A DNA stretch of 63,993 nt, filler included, from GCA_964501035.1; 6 parts of 6 records of this genome joined end to end with filler, not necessarily neighbours in it; one strand, 5' to 3'. Positions 1 to 10,687 are shown, counted from the whole stretch's first letter. Notes: generated by a model from the sequence alone, not told the origin. Numbers and translations: made by a program.

Positions 1-57
<57 letters not shown>

Positions 58-125
58 AATTAATCATAATTATGCCATATTATAGCCAAGAAATTTAAAG
101 AATTATTTATTTTAAAACATAGATT

Positions 126-1889
126 TTATTCAGAGGGTTCCTCTTCGAGTAAAATTGCAGATTCTGTTGCGGGTTCAAATACATCATAATATTGATTTAA
201 GTTGGTTAATATTTCAACAGCTTTAGAATACTCTGAATCAAGATGTAAGCTTACTTTGATACGCTCTTGCTCTCCTGAAACAACACGTGAAAACTCGCGC
301 TCTAAACCGTTAACAATCCATTTTACATTTTCTGGTAAGTCAAATTGGCTTGCTCTTTCCTTTGCAAAAAACCTATCTAATCTTTTTGTCAACTTTTCCA
401 TTTTAGTTTTCTTTTTACTCCAAAACATCAAAAATTCGATAGGATTAAACTTTTTTGTTACTAATGTGGAGTCTTTACTCATTTGTTTTTTCATTGATTC
501 TAATGCTCTTTCGCCTGGCAAACTGTAATCTATTTCAAAATCATTAAGGAATATCTTGAAATCTTTCAACATCTTATCAGTAACAACAATTGGTGCTTGA
601 ATGTTGTGTACAGGTGCGTAAGTTGCAGCAAATGTCAAAAATACTCCATCTTTCCATAAACCTTGAATATAGGGAGGAAACTTATTTGGGTCAGTTGTAA
701 AATCTGGCGTTATTCCTCCTCCACCTTTAACAGTTCTTCCACCCCGAGTTACAAATAAGGAATCGTGCTTATCTAATCCATCTGTCAGAAACCCATTGTT
801 TAAATAGTCTTCTTTTTGAATTAACCTACCAGATGGTGTATAGTACTTTGCGGTTGTTACTTTTAATGTAGTTGTATCATTTAAGTTAAACATACTCTGA
901 ACAAGCCCTTTTCCAAATGATTTTTGTCCAATAACAACAGCTCTGTCTAAATCTTGCAATACTCCTGCCACAATCTCACTAGCAGATGCAGAACTTTTGT
1001 TTATCAAAACTGCAATCGGTAAATCAGGTGAAACAGACATCCTTCGTCGTGAATTATATGATTTATTAGCTCTATCAATTTTACCTTTAGTAGAAAGAAG
1101 TGGACTTCCTCGATCAGTTAAATTGTCCAAAATGCTAATGGCATTACTCAATAACCCACCAGAGTTACCTCTGAGGTCTATGACCAATCCTTTCATTTCT
1201 TGACGTTTTAAATCATTTAATGCTTTGTTAAAATCCTTTGCTGTATTTTTTGAAAATTTAGTGACACGAATATACCCTATTCCATGCTCGTCCACACCCC
1301 AATAAGGTACATGTTTAACCGTGATATTAGAACGAGTTAGCTCAAAACTAATTCTTTCAAATGTTGATGGGCGGAATATATGCAAAGTTACTGTTGACCC
1401 TAGCTCACCTTTAATCAAAGAAGATGCTTCTTTTAATGTCATTTTTTCGGTAGAGGTAGAATCAATTGAAATAATTTGATCACCTGCATGAATACCTTCA
1501 GAATATGCAGGGCTATCTTCCATTGGTGCAAGCACAGTAAGAGTATCACGTCGGAGTCCAATTTGAATCCCAACACCACCATATTTTCCAGTGCGCAACA
1601 TATCTAAACGATCTTTACTGCTACCGCTTACAAATCGTGTATAGGGATCTAATTTTTTCATCATCCCTTTAATTCCCTCTTTTATAATTTCAGATTCATT
1701 TACGGAATCAACATAAGCAGCATTTAATTTATTGAAAGATTCTTCGAACATATCCAAATATGCTTGTGTATCTTGATTATTGCTAAATTCAACTTGATTG
1801 GAATTTTTCCTTCTATTTTCTTTTTTAGTTTGACCAAACAACGCAACTGAAATTACAAGTAGTAATATTATTCCCTTAAACTGCTTCAT
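126..1889 (-). CDS. ctpA: Carboxy-terminal processing protease, peptidase S41A (PDZ + S41)
   Basis: Signal peptide; LDPYT, GGVGIQI (PDZ), DLRGNSGGLL, SASASEIVAG, SFGKGLVQ and YYTPSGRLIQ motifs. Confidence 0.93.
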   Translation of the reverse strand: MKQFKGIILLLVISVALFGQTKKENRRKNSNQVEFSNNQDTQAYLDMFEESFNKLNAAYVDSVNESEIIKEGIKGMMKKLDPYTRFVSGSSKDRLDMLRTGKYGGVGIQIGLRRDTLTVLAPMEDSPAYSEGIHAGDQIISIDSTSTEKMTLKEASSLIKGELGSTVTLHIFRPSTFERISFELTRSNITVKHVPYWGVDEHGIGYIRVTKFSKNTAKDFNKALNDLKRQEMKGLVIDLRGNSGGLLSNAISILDNLTDRGSPLLSTKGKIDRANKSYNSRRRMSVSPDLPIAVLINKSSASASEIVAGVLQDLDRAVVIGQKSFGKGLVQSMFNLNDTTTLKVTTAKYYTPSGRLIQKEDYLNNGFLTDGLDKHDSLFVTRGGRTVKGGGGITPDFTTDPNKFPPYIQGLWKDGVFLTFAATYAPVHNIQAPIVVTDKMLKDFKIFLNDFEIDYSLPGERALESMKKQMSKDSTLVTKKFNPIEFLMFWSKKKTKMEKLTKRLDRFFAKERASQFDLPENVKWIVNGLEREFSRVVSGEQERIKVSLHLDSEYSKAVEILTNLNQYYDVFEPATESAILLEEEPSE

Positions 1890-2515
1890 TCTTCCCCTTC
1901 AAATCTTTCTTTAAATATATTTAAAATTTGTTTTTGTATTGATTCAATTGAATCAATACCATTTATTAATTTATATCTTTCATTATCCTTTTTTACAAGT
2001 TCATGATACCCATTTCTAACACGTGATAAGAATTCTGAACCTGCAGATTCCATTCGATCTATCTCACCTTTAGTTCTATTTTGCGATACCTGTGCATCAA
2101 TATCTACAATAAATGTTAATTCTGGTACTAAATAACTGGTTGCGAATGAATTCAATTCATAAAGTCCGTGAATATCTAATCCCCTTCCATACCCTTGGTA
2201 AGCAATAGTGCTATCTATATATCTATCACAAAGTACAAATTTCCCATCAGATAAAGCTGGTTGAATTTGTTCATCCACTAATTGAGCACGAGCCGATAAA
2301 AATAATAAACTCTCAGCAACTGAAGTAAGTTCAATATTAGTTTTATTAAGCAAAATATCTCGAATCTTCTCAGATACCTTTGTACTTCCTGGTTCACGAA
2401 CACTAATATACGATAATTTACATGAATCTAGGTAAGCTTCGAGCAACTGAACCTGGGTGGATTTCCCAGAACCATCAATTCCTTCAAATGAAATTAATTT
2501 ATTTTTTATACTCAT
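1886..2515 (-). CDS. tmk: Thymidylate kinase
   Basis: FEGIDGSGKSTQ P-loop, REPG, DRYIDSTIAYQGYGRG. Confidence 0.96.
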   Translation of the reverse strand: MSIKNKLISFEGIDGSGKSTQVQLLEAYLDSCKLSYISVREPGSTKVSEKIRDILLNKTNIELTSVAESLLFLSARAQLVDEQIQPALSDGKFVLCDRYIDSTIAYQGYGRGLDIHGLYELNSFATSYLVPELTFIVDIDAQVSQNRTKGEIDRMESAGSEFLSRVRNGYHELVKKDNERYKLINGIDSIESIQKQILNIFKERFEGEE

Positions 2516-3195
2516 AAATGAGAATATCCTTCTTTAGCAATTAATATCACAAATTCACCTTTAGATGATTTTTGTTCATACATCCGTACTGCATCAGATA
2601 CCTTTCCTAACCAAACTTCTTCATACATTTTTGTTATTTCGCGACAGATTGAAATTGACCTATCACCAAAATGTGTAAATATATCATTTAAAGTGCGTTT
2701 GACTCGAAAAGGTGATTCAAACACGACAATAGTTGCTGGTATTGATTCCAAAAACTCGAAGCGAGTTTTACGTCCCTTTTTTTTAGGTAAAAATCCCTCA
2801 AAAAAGAAATGATCTGTTGGAAGTCCGCTAACAGATAATGCCGCAGTAATTGATGAAGCCCCTGGAACGGAAACAACTTTAATACCATTATTCAGCGCAC
2901 CATTTACCAACCGATAGCCAGGGTCACTAATACCAGGGGTACCTGCATCAGATATTTGAGCAATATTCTTACCTTCAAGCAACAGACTGATTAGCTCATC
3001 AGATTTAGATTTTTCATTTTTGTCATGATAAGAAATCATTTTAGTTGAAATTTCTAAATGATTTAATAATTTTCTGCTCACACGAGTATCTTCAGCTGCA
3101 ATACAATCAACTGAACCCAAAACTTCAACTGCTCTGCGTGTAACATCGCCTAAGTTTCCAATGGGTGTTGCAACAACATAGAGGATTCCTGGCAT
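2512..3195 (-). CDS. rsmI: 16S rRNA C1402 2'-O-methyltransferase
   Basis: LYVVATPIGNLGD, AAEDTR, SDAGTPGISDPG, FEGFLP, ESPFR, REITKMYEE. Confidence 0.96.
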   Translation of the reverse strand: MPGILYVVATPIGNLGDVTRRAVEVLGSVDCIAAEDTRVSRKLLNHLEISTKMISYHDKNEKSKSDELISLLLEGKNIAQISDAGTPGISDPGYRLVNGALNNGIKVVSVPGASSITAALSVSGLPTDHFFFEGFLPKKKGRKTRFEFLESIPATIVVFESPFRVKRTLNDIFTHFGDRSISICREITKMYEEVWLGKVSDAVRMYEQKSSKGEFVILIAKEGYSHL

Positions 3196-3197
3196 AT

Positions 3198-4514
3198 TTA
3201 TTTTAATGTATTTCTTACAGCCTTATGAATAATTTCCATCGCAATATCTATCTCTTCAGTACTTACATTTAAATGAGGTCTAAATCTGATAGACTGATCA
3301 CCACTAATAAGAATTAATAGTTTTTCATCCATCAATCTTCCCCAAACTTCATCACGTTCTGTTTGAGAAGGTAAATCAAATGCAGAAAACAGTCCCTTTC
3401 CTCTAGGATTCGTAACGTATGCAGGAAACTCAGTTGATAATTCTTCTAATTTACCAATTAAATAGTTACCAACCGTTTCTGCATTCTTAATTAAATTTTC
3501 TTCCTTTATTATTTCAAGTGTAGTTTGGAAGCGAACCATATCAACTAAATTTCCACCAAATGTTGAATTAATTCGACTGGATTCATTAAAAACATTTTTC
3601 TCAACTTCATCAATTCTTGGACCAGCTAAAGCTCCACATACCTGAGTTTTCTTTCCAAATGAAATTATATCTGGCTTAATAGTATAATGTTCATGAGCCC
3701 ACATTTTACCAGTTATTCCAATACCTGTTTGCACTTCATCCATTATAAAAATAATATCGTTTTCATCACATATCTCACGTAGTTGAATAAAATATTCATC
3801 TCTAAATTGATTATCTCCACCTTCACCTTGAATAGGCTCAATTATGATAGAAGCAATATCGTCAGGATTGTCTAAAATTGCTTGCTTAAACTGTGCAATC
3901 GACTTTTCTTCGGAAGAAATGATATCCTTTAGTGCATCATCAGTTAATGGAAATCGCATTTTTGGATTATGGATTCGTGGCCACTTAAACTGCGGAAAAT
4001 ACATAGTTTTTCGCGGATCTGTAGTGTTTGTTAATGAGGTAGTATATCCAGATCTTCCATGAAATGCTTGATGAAAATGAACGACTTGCATCCCTTTTTC
4101 ACCCTTGCCTGCTTCCATATTTTTACGAACTTTCCAATCAAATGCTATTTTTAAAGCATTTTCAACTGCTAACGCACCACCATCAATAAAAAATGCATGC
4201 TTTAAATAATCTGGAACCGCAATTTCATCAAACGTCTGAACAAAATCTGCAAACAATGGATTATAAACATCTGAAAGTGTTGGTTTATTGATTCCTGCTA
4301 ATGCAATTTTATCTTTAACAGCTAGTATCTTTGGATGATTGTATCCAACTGCACCTGATGCAAACATAGAAAACATATCTAAATATTTATCGCCGTTTCT
4401 TTCATCAACCAACCATGATCCATGTGATTTATTCAAATCCATAATGGGTTCAAATCCATCTGCTAAAATATTTCGCCCTAATATTTCTCTAACTTTTTCA
4501 GCGTGTACTGACAT
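3198..4514 (-). CDS. lat: L-lysine 6-transaminase (lysine epsilon-aminotransferase)
   Basis: Class III aminotransferase with the LAT-type signatures GALAVENALKIAFDWK, AFHGRSGYT, EPIQGEGGD, SFGKKTQVCG (PLP Lys) and SRINSTFGGNLVDM. Confidence 0.9.
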   Translation of the reverse strand: MSVHAEKVREILGRNILADGFEPIMDLNKSHGSWLVDERNGDKYLDMFSMFASGAVGYNHPKILAVKDKIALAGINKPTLSDVYNPLFADFVQTFDEIAVPDYLKHAFFIDGGALAVENALKIAFDWKVRKNMEAGKGEKGMQVVHFHQAFHGRSGYTTSLTNTTDPRKTMYFPQFKWPRIHNPKMRFPLTDDALKDIISSEEKSIAQFKQAILDNPDDIASIIIEPIQGEGGDNQFRDEYFIQLREICDENDIIFIMDEVQTGIGITGKMWAHEHYTIKPDIISFGKKTQVCGALAGPRIDEVEKNVFNESSRINSTFGGNLVDMVRFQTTLEIIKEENLIKNAETVGNYLIGKLEELSTEFPAYVTNPRGKGLFSAFDLPSQTERDEVWGRLMDEKLLILISGDQSIRFRPHLNVSTEEIDIAMEIIHKAVRNTLK

Positions 4515-4528
4515 TATTTCTCTCCTAA

Positions 4529-6052
4529 TTAGTCTAAATCAAATTTAATACCCTGAGCCAACGGCAAGTCTGTGCTCCAATTCATTGTATTTGTTTGCCG
4601 TCTCATATATACTTTCCATGCATCAGAACCTGACTCTCTTCCGCCACCCGTTTCTTTTTCTCCACCAAATGCACCACCAATTTCGGCTCCAGATGTTCCA
4701 ATATTAATGTTTGCAATTCCACAATCACTTCCTTTGTGTGACAAAAATGTTTCAGAACTTAGCATATTGGTAGTGAACATTGATGATGAAAGCCCTTGCG
4801 GTACACCATTGTGCAATGAAATTGCTTCTTCTAGATCATTATATTCAATAATATAAAGGATAGGAGCAAAAGTTTCCTCTTGTACAATATCAAAACTATT
4901 TTTTGCCTTAATTATTGTCGGTTCAATAAAAAAACCATCTCGTTCAATAACATTACCACCATAAATCAATTCACCACCTTCAGATTTTGCTCGTTCAATT
5001 GCATTCAAATAATCATCCACTGCACCTTGGTCAATTACAGGTCCCATCAGTGTATTGGAATCCAGGGGATCTCCTATATTCACTTGTTTATATGCATTTA
5101 CCAATCGTTCCACTAAATCATCAGAAATGTTTTTCTGAACAATAATTCTTCGTGTACTTGTACAACGCTGACCTGCAGTACCTACAGCACCAAATGCAAT
5201 TGCAGGTATAACCATTTTCATATCGGCAGTTTCATCCACAATTATTGCATTGTTTCCACCTAATTCTAAAATAGTTTTTCCGAGTCTTTCTCCAACTACA
5301 CCACCGATGCGTTTCCCCATTTTTGTTGAGCCAGTCGCAGATATTAATGGTACGCGAGTATCATTTATCAATCTTTCACCAATTGTGGAACCACGGCCAA
5401 TAATTAAATTAAAAATTCCAGTATACCCATTTCGCTCTAAAACATCATTACAAATATGCTGAACGGCTATTGCACATAAAGGAACTTTTGATGATGGTTT
5501 CCAAACCGTAATATCTCCACATACAGCAGCTAAAAATGAATTCCACGCCCAAACAGCTACTGGAAAATTAAATGCAGAAATTACACCAACAACCCCAAGA
5601 GGATGATACTGTTCGTACATTCTGTGCAATGGTCGCTCTGAGTGCATAGTTAACCCATATAACTGACGAGATAGTCCAACAGCAAAGTCTGCAATATCTA
5701 TCATTTCTTGAACCTCACCATCACCTTCAGCTTTTATTTTACCCATTTCTAATGCAACTAAACTTCCTAACTCATCCTTTCTTGCTCTAAGTTCATTTGC
5801 CATCTCTAAAATTAACTGTCCACGAATAGGTGCTGGCACCATTCTCCATTCTTCAAATTGCTTTTGAGATTCTTCAATCACCTTTTCATAATCATTTTCT
5901 GAACATTGATATACTTTTGCTAACAATTCTCCAGTTGTTGGATTGTAAGATTCAAGCACGCCTGCATCTGTTGTTTTAGACCAATTACTTGCACCAATAC
6001 AAGCACCATAATTTTCTTTTTCTATTCCTAATTTACTTAATATATCATTCAT
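4529..6052 (-). CDS. Aldehyde dehydrogenase family 7 (alpha-aminoadipate semialdehyde / piperideine-6-carboxylate dehydrogenase)
   Basis: [16 protein letters not shown] (catalytic Cys) and the ALDH7 signature [31 protein letters not shown]; adjacent to lat. Confidence 0.9.
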   Translation of the reverse strand: MNDILSKLGIEKENYGACIGASNWSKTTDAGVLESYNPTTGELLAKVYQCSENDYEKVIEESQKQFEEWRMVPAPIRGQLILEMANELRARKDELGSLVALEMGKIKAEGDGEVQEMIDIADFAVGLSRQLYGLTMHSERPLHRMYEQYHPLGVVGVISAFNFPVAVWAWNSFLAAVCGDITVWKPSSKVPLCAIAVQHICNDVLERNGYTGIFNLIIGRGSTIGERLINDTRVPLISATGSTKMGKRIGGVVGERLGKTILELGGNNAIIVDETADMKMVIPAIAFGAVGTAGQRCTSTRRIIVQKNISDDLVERLVNAYKQVNIGDPLDSNTLMGPVIDQGAVDDYLNAIERAKSEGGELIYGGNVIERDGFFIEPTIIKAKNSFDIVQEETFAPILYIIEYNDLEEAISLHNGVPQGLSSSMFTTNMLSSETFLSHKGSDCGIANINIGTSGAEIGGAFGGEKETGGGRESGSDAWKVYMRRQTNTMNWSTDLPLAQGIKFDLD

Positions 6053-6099
6053 TGTTAAATCCTTATTTATTATACAGTTATCTATTTACACTTAAAGTT

Positions 6100-7083
6100 T
6101 TACTTCATACACTCGAAACACCTGACTTGATGCGTATCATATATATTTTCCAACGAAGGTTTATTTGTTTTACATTTTTCAATTGTCCTATCACAACGTG
6201 GTTCAAAATGACAACCTACAGGATAGTTTGTAGCTGGTGGAACTACTCCTTTAATATTGAATAAAGAATCATCTTCAATATGTTCACCAATTTTTGGGAT
6301 TGATTTCAACAAGCCTTGAGTATATGGATGTTGTGGGCTGTGAAATATCTCCTTCACAGCACCTTCTTCCACAATTTGCCCTGCATACATAACGATAACT
6401 CTATCACATATTTCAGCAATAACCCCTAAATCATGTGTAATCATTATTACGGACAACCCCAATTCTTTTTGTAATTTCTTAATGAGTTCTAAAATTTGAG
6501 CTTGAATGGTAACATCCAATGCTGTTGTTGGTTCATCAGCGATTAATATTTCGGGGTTACATGACAACGACATGGCAATCATAACACGTTGACGCATCCC
6601 TCCTGATAACTGATGTGGATATTCATGAATACGTTGTTCTGGCGAGGGAATCCCAACAAGTTGAAGCATTTCAATCGCTTTATTTTCTGCTTCTTGAATA
6701 TCCAATCCTTGATGTAATTGTATCGCTTCAATTATCTGGTTTCCAACTGTAAAAACGGGGTTTAAAGAGGTCATTGGTTCTTGAAAAATCATTGATATTT
6801 TATTGCCTCTAATATGCTGTAAATCAGCTTCTGGTAAGCTTAAAATATCTTGATTATCATAAATAATAGATCCCCCATTAAAAAATCCAGGTGGTTTTGA
6901 AATTAACCGCATTATTGAAAGCGATGTAACCGATTTTCCACAGCCAGACTCTCCAACTATACCGAGGGTTTCTCCCTTACTAACCGAAAAACTTACATCA
7001 TCTACAGCTTTTGCAATTCCATCATCCGTATGGAAAAATGTTTGCAAATTATTTACAGTTAATATTGTATCATTATTTAACAT
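6100..7083 (-). CDS. oppD: Oligopeptide/dipeptide ABC transporter ATP-binding protein (OppD/DppD type)
   Basis: Walker A GESGCGKS, QEPMTSLNP, LSGGMRQRV, DEPTTALD, HPYTQGLL and a C-terminal Cys cluster. Confidence 0.9.
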   Translation of the reverse strand: MLNNDTILTVNNLQTFFHTDDGIAKAVDDVSFSVSKGETLGIVGESGCGKSVTSLSIMRLISKPPGFFNGGSIIYDNQDILSLPEADLQHIRGNKISMIFQEPMTSLNPVFTVGNQIIEAIQLHQGLDIQEAENKAIEMLQLVGIPSPEQRIHEYPHQLSGGMRQRVMIAMSLSCNPEILIADEPTTALDVTIQAQILELIKKLQKELGLSVIMITHDLGVIAEICDRVIVMYAGQIVEEGAVKEIFHSPQHPYTQGLLKSIPKIGEHIEDDSLFNIKGVVPPATNYPVGCHFEPRCDRTIEKCKTNKPSLENIYDTHQVRCFECMK

Positions 7084-7934
7084 TAATTAACCGGAGTGTT
7101 CTCAATATTTTTATTATTAGTAAAAGCCCAAATTGCAAGCAAAACCACCATTAAAACAAAAATAACGATTGTTGCATAATTGTATTCTGAAGAACTAAAT
7201 GCAATCAAATCATTAAATCTTCCAATAAGTAATGAAATCCTACCCATAACGGCAAATCCAAAAGATGCACCAAAAGAAATCATAAGAAAGTAAATTCCAA
7301 TCTTACTTAACTTACCAATTACCCCTGAATGTTCTTTCGAAAAGAAAAAGTACAGTAATCCCGTTAATGTACCAATAATAATTATAAATTGATTAAATAT
7401 TTCAAATCCACTTCCAGAAAAATTTATTGTAGAAGATTTTATCTGTTCAATTATGTCGGAATTTAAAAAACCATAAAACCTTAAACCCGCTGCCATGCCA
7501 ACAGTGTAAGCAATTGCCCAACGAGCAAGCCAACCAATTTTAGGAAATAAACGGAGTAACATAAATATACCTAAAATAAATGGAATAATGTATATGAATC
7601 GTATTTCTGAATATCCTTCAATTCCACCAACAGGAAATACATGCCGCTCAATTAGCCCAAAACCAGAGGTTAGCCATCCAAGAAAATCATAAATGTAGTA
7701 CCACCCGGTTATAAAAAATCCCTGATCAGAATCCTCAGCCAACTGTGGCCAAAGTCTTCCAAACAGATTCGGTTGTACTTGAGTCCAAAAGAAAGTAGCA
7801 ACCCAATACCCAGCTGAGACACCAACAAACAAATGTTCTGCTGCTTTATAAAATGGATTATCGTTAAATAAATAGCTAAAAATAGCAAGTGTTAATAAAA
7901 CTGTTAACCAGACCCCAAATAAATCAAATGTCAT
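7083..7934 (-). CDS. Uncharacterised polytopic membrane protein
   Basis: 283 aa with about 6-7 hydrophobic segments; motif DNPFYKAAEHLFVGVSAGY; its stop overlaps the oppD start by one base. Confidence 0.75.
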   Translation of the reverse strand: MTFDLFGVWLTVLLTLAIFSYLFNDNPFYKAAEHLFVGVSAGYWVATFFWTQVQPNLFGRLWPQLAEDSDQGFFITGWYYIYDFLGWLTSGFGLIERHVFPVGGIEGYSEIRFIYIIPFILGIFMLLRLFPKIGWLARWAIAYTVGMAAGLRFYGFLNSDIIEQIKSSTINFSGSGFEIFNQFIIIIGTLTGLLYFFFSKEHSGVIGKLSKIGIYFLMISFGASFGFAVMGRISLLIGRFNDLIAFSSSEYNYATIVIFVLMVVLLAIWAFTNNKNIENTPVN

Positions 7935-7942
7935 AACGCCCC

Positions 7943-8788
7943 CTAAATCTTTTCTTTTCGTTTACGTTGGATATAATACGTTATATTACCAAAAATAATA
8001 AATAACACAATCACAACATGAGCAAAGGATTGAGCAGCCATCATCCCAGTTGCATTTCCTGTTTTCCCAACTAATTTTTCATACTCAGCAGCACCCGGCA
8101 TTCCTGCTAAAATCCCACTGATTTGCCCACTTTCGACATAAGGAACCACTTCGGTTACCTGAATGGAAGTACAGCCTGTTGACATAGGAATATTGTGGGG
8201 ATCGCATCCAAATTGCACCCATTCCTTTGAACCAGGATATCCTGCTGAAAAACTGAAAACAAAATCAAAATCTGTAATATTATTTATATTTTCCATCATT
8301 GGAATATTTTTCACTTTATTTCCACGAGTATCAACCGAAAATAATGTATGAATATCTGTTGCAACTCCTTTAACAACCGCTTCATTACCTGGTCTAAATC
8401 CTAAATTAACATAGTCTTTCCCATACGTTAGATGAAATTCCTCATCAGCTACTTGATTAAATGCTTCAGTGGACATGAATAAACCATCTGGCCATAAAGC
8501 CATAGCATATACTTTGTGATTATGAGAAAACAACTGTCTAAGTAAAGCAATTGCCATTGGATGAATTTCAGGTTTAGTACTTGGACCGTATTCAAATGAA
8601 AGTAAAATTTTGGATCCATTTTCTAAAGATTCAATTGCGTTATAGGTGTCTTGGGATTGCTTTGTAGCCCGAATTGGTATATCCACTGGCTTAATTAATG
8701 GAATGAGTACAGATAATCCCACTATTAGAAAAATAACTCGTCTGTCAACGGATCCTAATTTTATCAATATGTTTTTCAAAGTTTCCAT
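7943..8788 (-). CDS. Uncharacterised membrane-anchored protein (N- and C-terminal TM, central soluble alpha/beta domain)
   Basis: 281 aa; TM RRVIFLIVGLSVLIPL; YGKDYVNLGFRPG; GILAGMPGAAEYE; C-terminal TM. Confidence 0.75.
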   Translation of the reverse strand: METLKNILIKLGSVDRRVIFLIVGLSVLIPLIKPVDIPIRATKQSQDTYNAIESLENGSKILLSFEYGPSTKPEIHPMAIALLRQLFSHNHKVYAMALWPDGLFMSTEAFNQVADEEFHLTYGKDYVNLGFRPGNEAVVKGVATDIHTLFSVDTRGNKVKNIPMMENINNITDFDFVFSFSAGYPGSKEWVQFGCDPHNIPMSTGCTSIQVTEVVPYVESGQISGILAGMPGAAEYEKLVGKTGNATGMMAAQSFAHVVIVLFIIFGNITYYIQRKRKEKI

Positions 8789-8790
8789 AT

Positions 8791-9816
8791 TTATTCTCCT
8801 AAAAAGGAACGTTCAATTCCAATTAATATTCTAAATGAAGTTCCAACAATTCCGAGTGCAATACCAATCATAATGGCTCTCGCTCCCGCAGTGGTAGGTA
8901 CATTAAATATCCACTCTTGAATAATGGGAATATATAAAAATGTAGGTTGGTTAGTTTGCCATCCACTTAGAAATCCTGCAACTGTTACAAGTGAAATGCC
9001 AACTAAAACAATTCCAAGAATTATTTTCTTATTTGAAATAAAAGGAGTCATTACCATTGATGAAAAAAGAACTAATAAATAGGCAATAAACCATCCGCTT
9101 ATCAATTGGCCTATTGGAACTCTACCTAACATTAAAATAATGCCTGCAAGCAATAATAGGGTGGCTTCAAAGTTACGAATTCTAAAAGCTCTGTATGATG
9201 CTGATGCAACAAAGAATGCAAGTAAAGCAAACATTGTAGCTGAAAGAGGCGTATAAATATGTGTAAATATCCAGTAAAACAAAGACCCTTTTGTTTGCAA
9301 ATGCGCTCCCCATGGTTTTGAATCAACTGTACTTTCTGCACCTAATTGAATTAAGGAATTGGAAAACTCAATTGCAGTACTTTCTAATTTAAAAATATAC
9401 GGTATTTCAAATTCACCAGACGAATCTAACAATTTACTTTCAATAGTTATAGCTTCGTTTCCAGTCTCTGTGGCTATAAACTCTGAAATTGGCGTGACAT
9501 TTTGAACATCAAACGAATTGATCATTACAAAATTTGTTCCACGAAAGAAAAATCCCGCAAAAATCGCAAAGAAAAATCCCAGCACAGCTAAAATACTATA
9601 TTGCCAATTTTTTTGTTTTCTCGTAATCTTTTGAATTTGGAGTTTTAACAAGTTTAAAGCACCTAGAAAAATTGCAAACGATGCAATTATATCAAACCAC
9701 TGGGTTGCATCGTTATTTACAAATCCTTGAATACTATCATTGTTAATAAAATGTCCAAACAATGTTACGAGCCCAACTAAAATCATGATAAATAATGGTA
9801 TTTGTCTTTTAAACAT
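8791..9816 (-). CDS. Uncharacterised polytopic membrane protein with a soluble loop insertion
   Basis: 341 aa with about 8 TM segments; PLSATMFALLAFFVASASYRAFR; GARAIMIGIALG..SFRILIGIERSFLG. Confidence 0.75.
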   Translation of the reverse strand: MFKRQIPLFIMILVGLVTLFGHFINNDSIQGFVNNDATQWFDIIASFAIFLGALNLLKLQIQKITRKQKNWQYSILAVLGFFFAIFAGFFFRGTNFVMINSFDVQNVTPISEFIATETGNEAITIESKLLDSSGEFEIPYIFKLESTAIEFSNSLIQLGAESTVDSKPWGAHLQTKGSLFYWIFTHIYTPLSATMFALLAFFVASASYRAFRIRNFEATLLLLAGIILMLGRVPIGQLISGWFIAYLLVLFSSMVMTPFISNKKIILGIVLVGISLVTVAGFLSGWQTNQPTFLYIPIIQEWIFNVPTTAGARAIMIGIALGIVGTSFRILIGIERSFLGE

Positions 9817-9826
9817 AATCCTGTCC

Positions 9827-10687
9827 TTAATGCGAGGTTAAAAGTTTAACAATATCAAATGAAATCCAATTGTATTGATACAGCCCATTTAATATCATAA
9901 TAAATACAATTGAAATCATTAAAAACAATTTTACAATATCCTGGCCTTTAATGCTCCCAATCAAATCTGGTTTTTTAGATAAATATGCACTTGCAGTAAA
10001 AAATTCTTCACCAATTAATGTATAATCACAGGCTGTAACAAAAAATGGAATTTGCGATGGAGAGCCTGTTCCTGCTATTTGAATTGCACCTATCGAATTT
10101 CCAGTTTCTGCTAAAATAAGGGATTCAGCATAAAACTTACCTTGATAAAAACAAGCAGCAGGCTTTTCGCGTACCATAATTCCATTTACTCCTGCTGCAT
10201 ATGCAAATTGATCATCGGTTAAATAGTGAACCATATCATCAAAATATAAGTCTGGTCGTCCTGCTCTCAAATATGCTTCTTTACAGGCTTCTCTTCCTGC
10301 TTCCATTACAATTGATTTAGAAACAGGCACATTTAATCCAGTTTCATATTGTGCTGTCATTTCGGCAACATGTCCTAATATTACTAATCCAGATACAGTT
10401 TCTACTTGATCTAAATCGGAAATCCCTGGAACAAACAACACTGATTTTCCCATCTCTGTTGATCTACCTACGGCTTCTTCCATTGCTTTCAAACCCGCAA
10501 TAGGACGTAAATAAATATTTTCCCCAGAACGGGCTCTATCAATATAATAATAAAATATCAACGATACTCCTAAAACAGCAATAAACATAGGTTCATTGCC
10601 TGTTATAAACAGATTACCATGTCCAAAATAATAAACTAATATTGACATAAAAAATAAGCCTACCAAAATAAACTGCTTTTTATTCAT
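9827..10687 (-). CDS. DUF6754-like membrane-anchored protein
   Basis: LRPIAGLKAMEEAVGRSTEMGK, AESLILAETG and QIPFFVTACDYTLIGEE resemble the DUF6754 family (recalled, not searched). Confidence 0.65.
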   Translation of the reverse strand: MNKKQFILVGLFFMSILVYYFGHGNLFITGNEPMFIAVLGVSLIFYYYIDRARSGENIYLRPIAGLKAMEEAVGRSTEMGKSVLFVPGISDLDQVETVSGLVILGHVAEMTAQYETGLNVPVSKSIVMEAGREACKEAYLRAGRPDLYFDDMVHYLTDDQFAYAAGVNGIMVREKPAACFYQGKFYAESLILAETGNSIGAIQIAGTGSPSQIPFFVTACDYTLIGEEFFTASAYLSKKPDLIGSIKGQDIVKLFLMISIVFIMILNGLYQYNWISFDIVKLLTSH

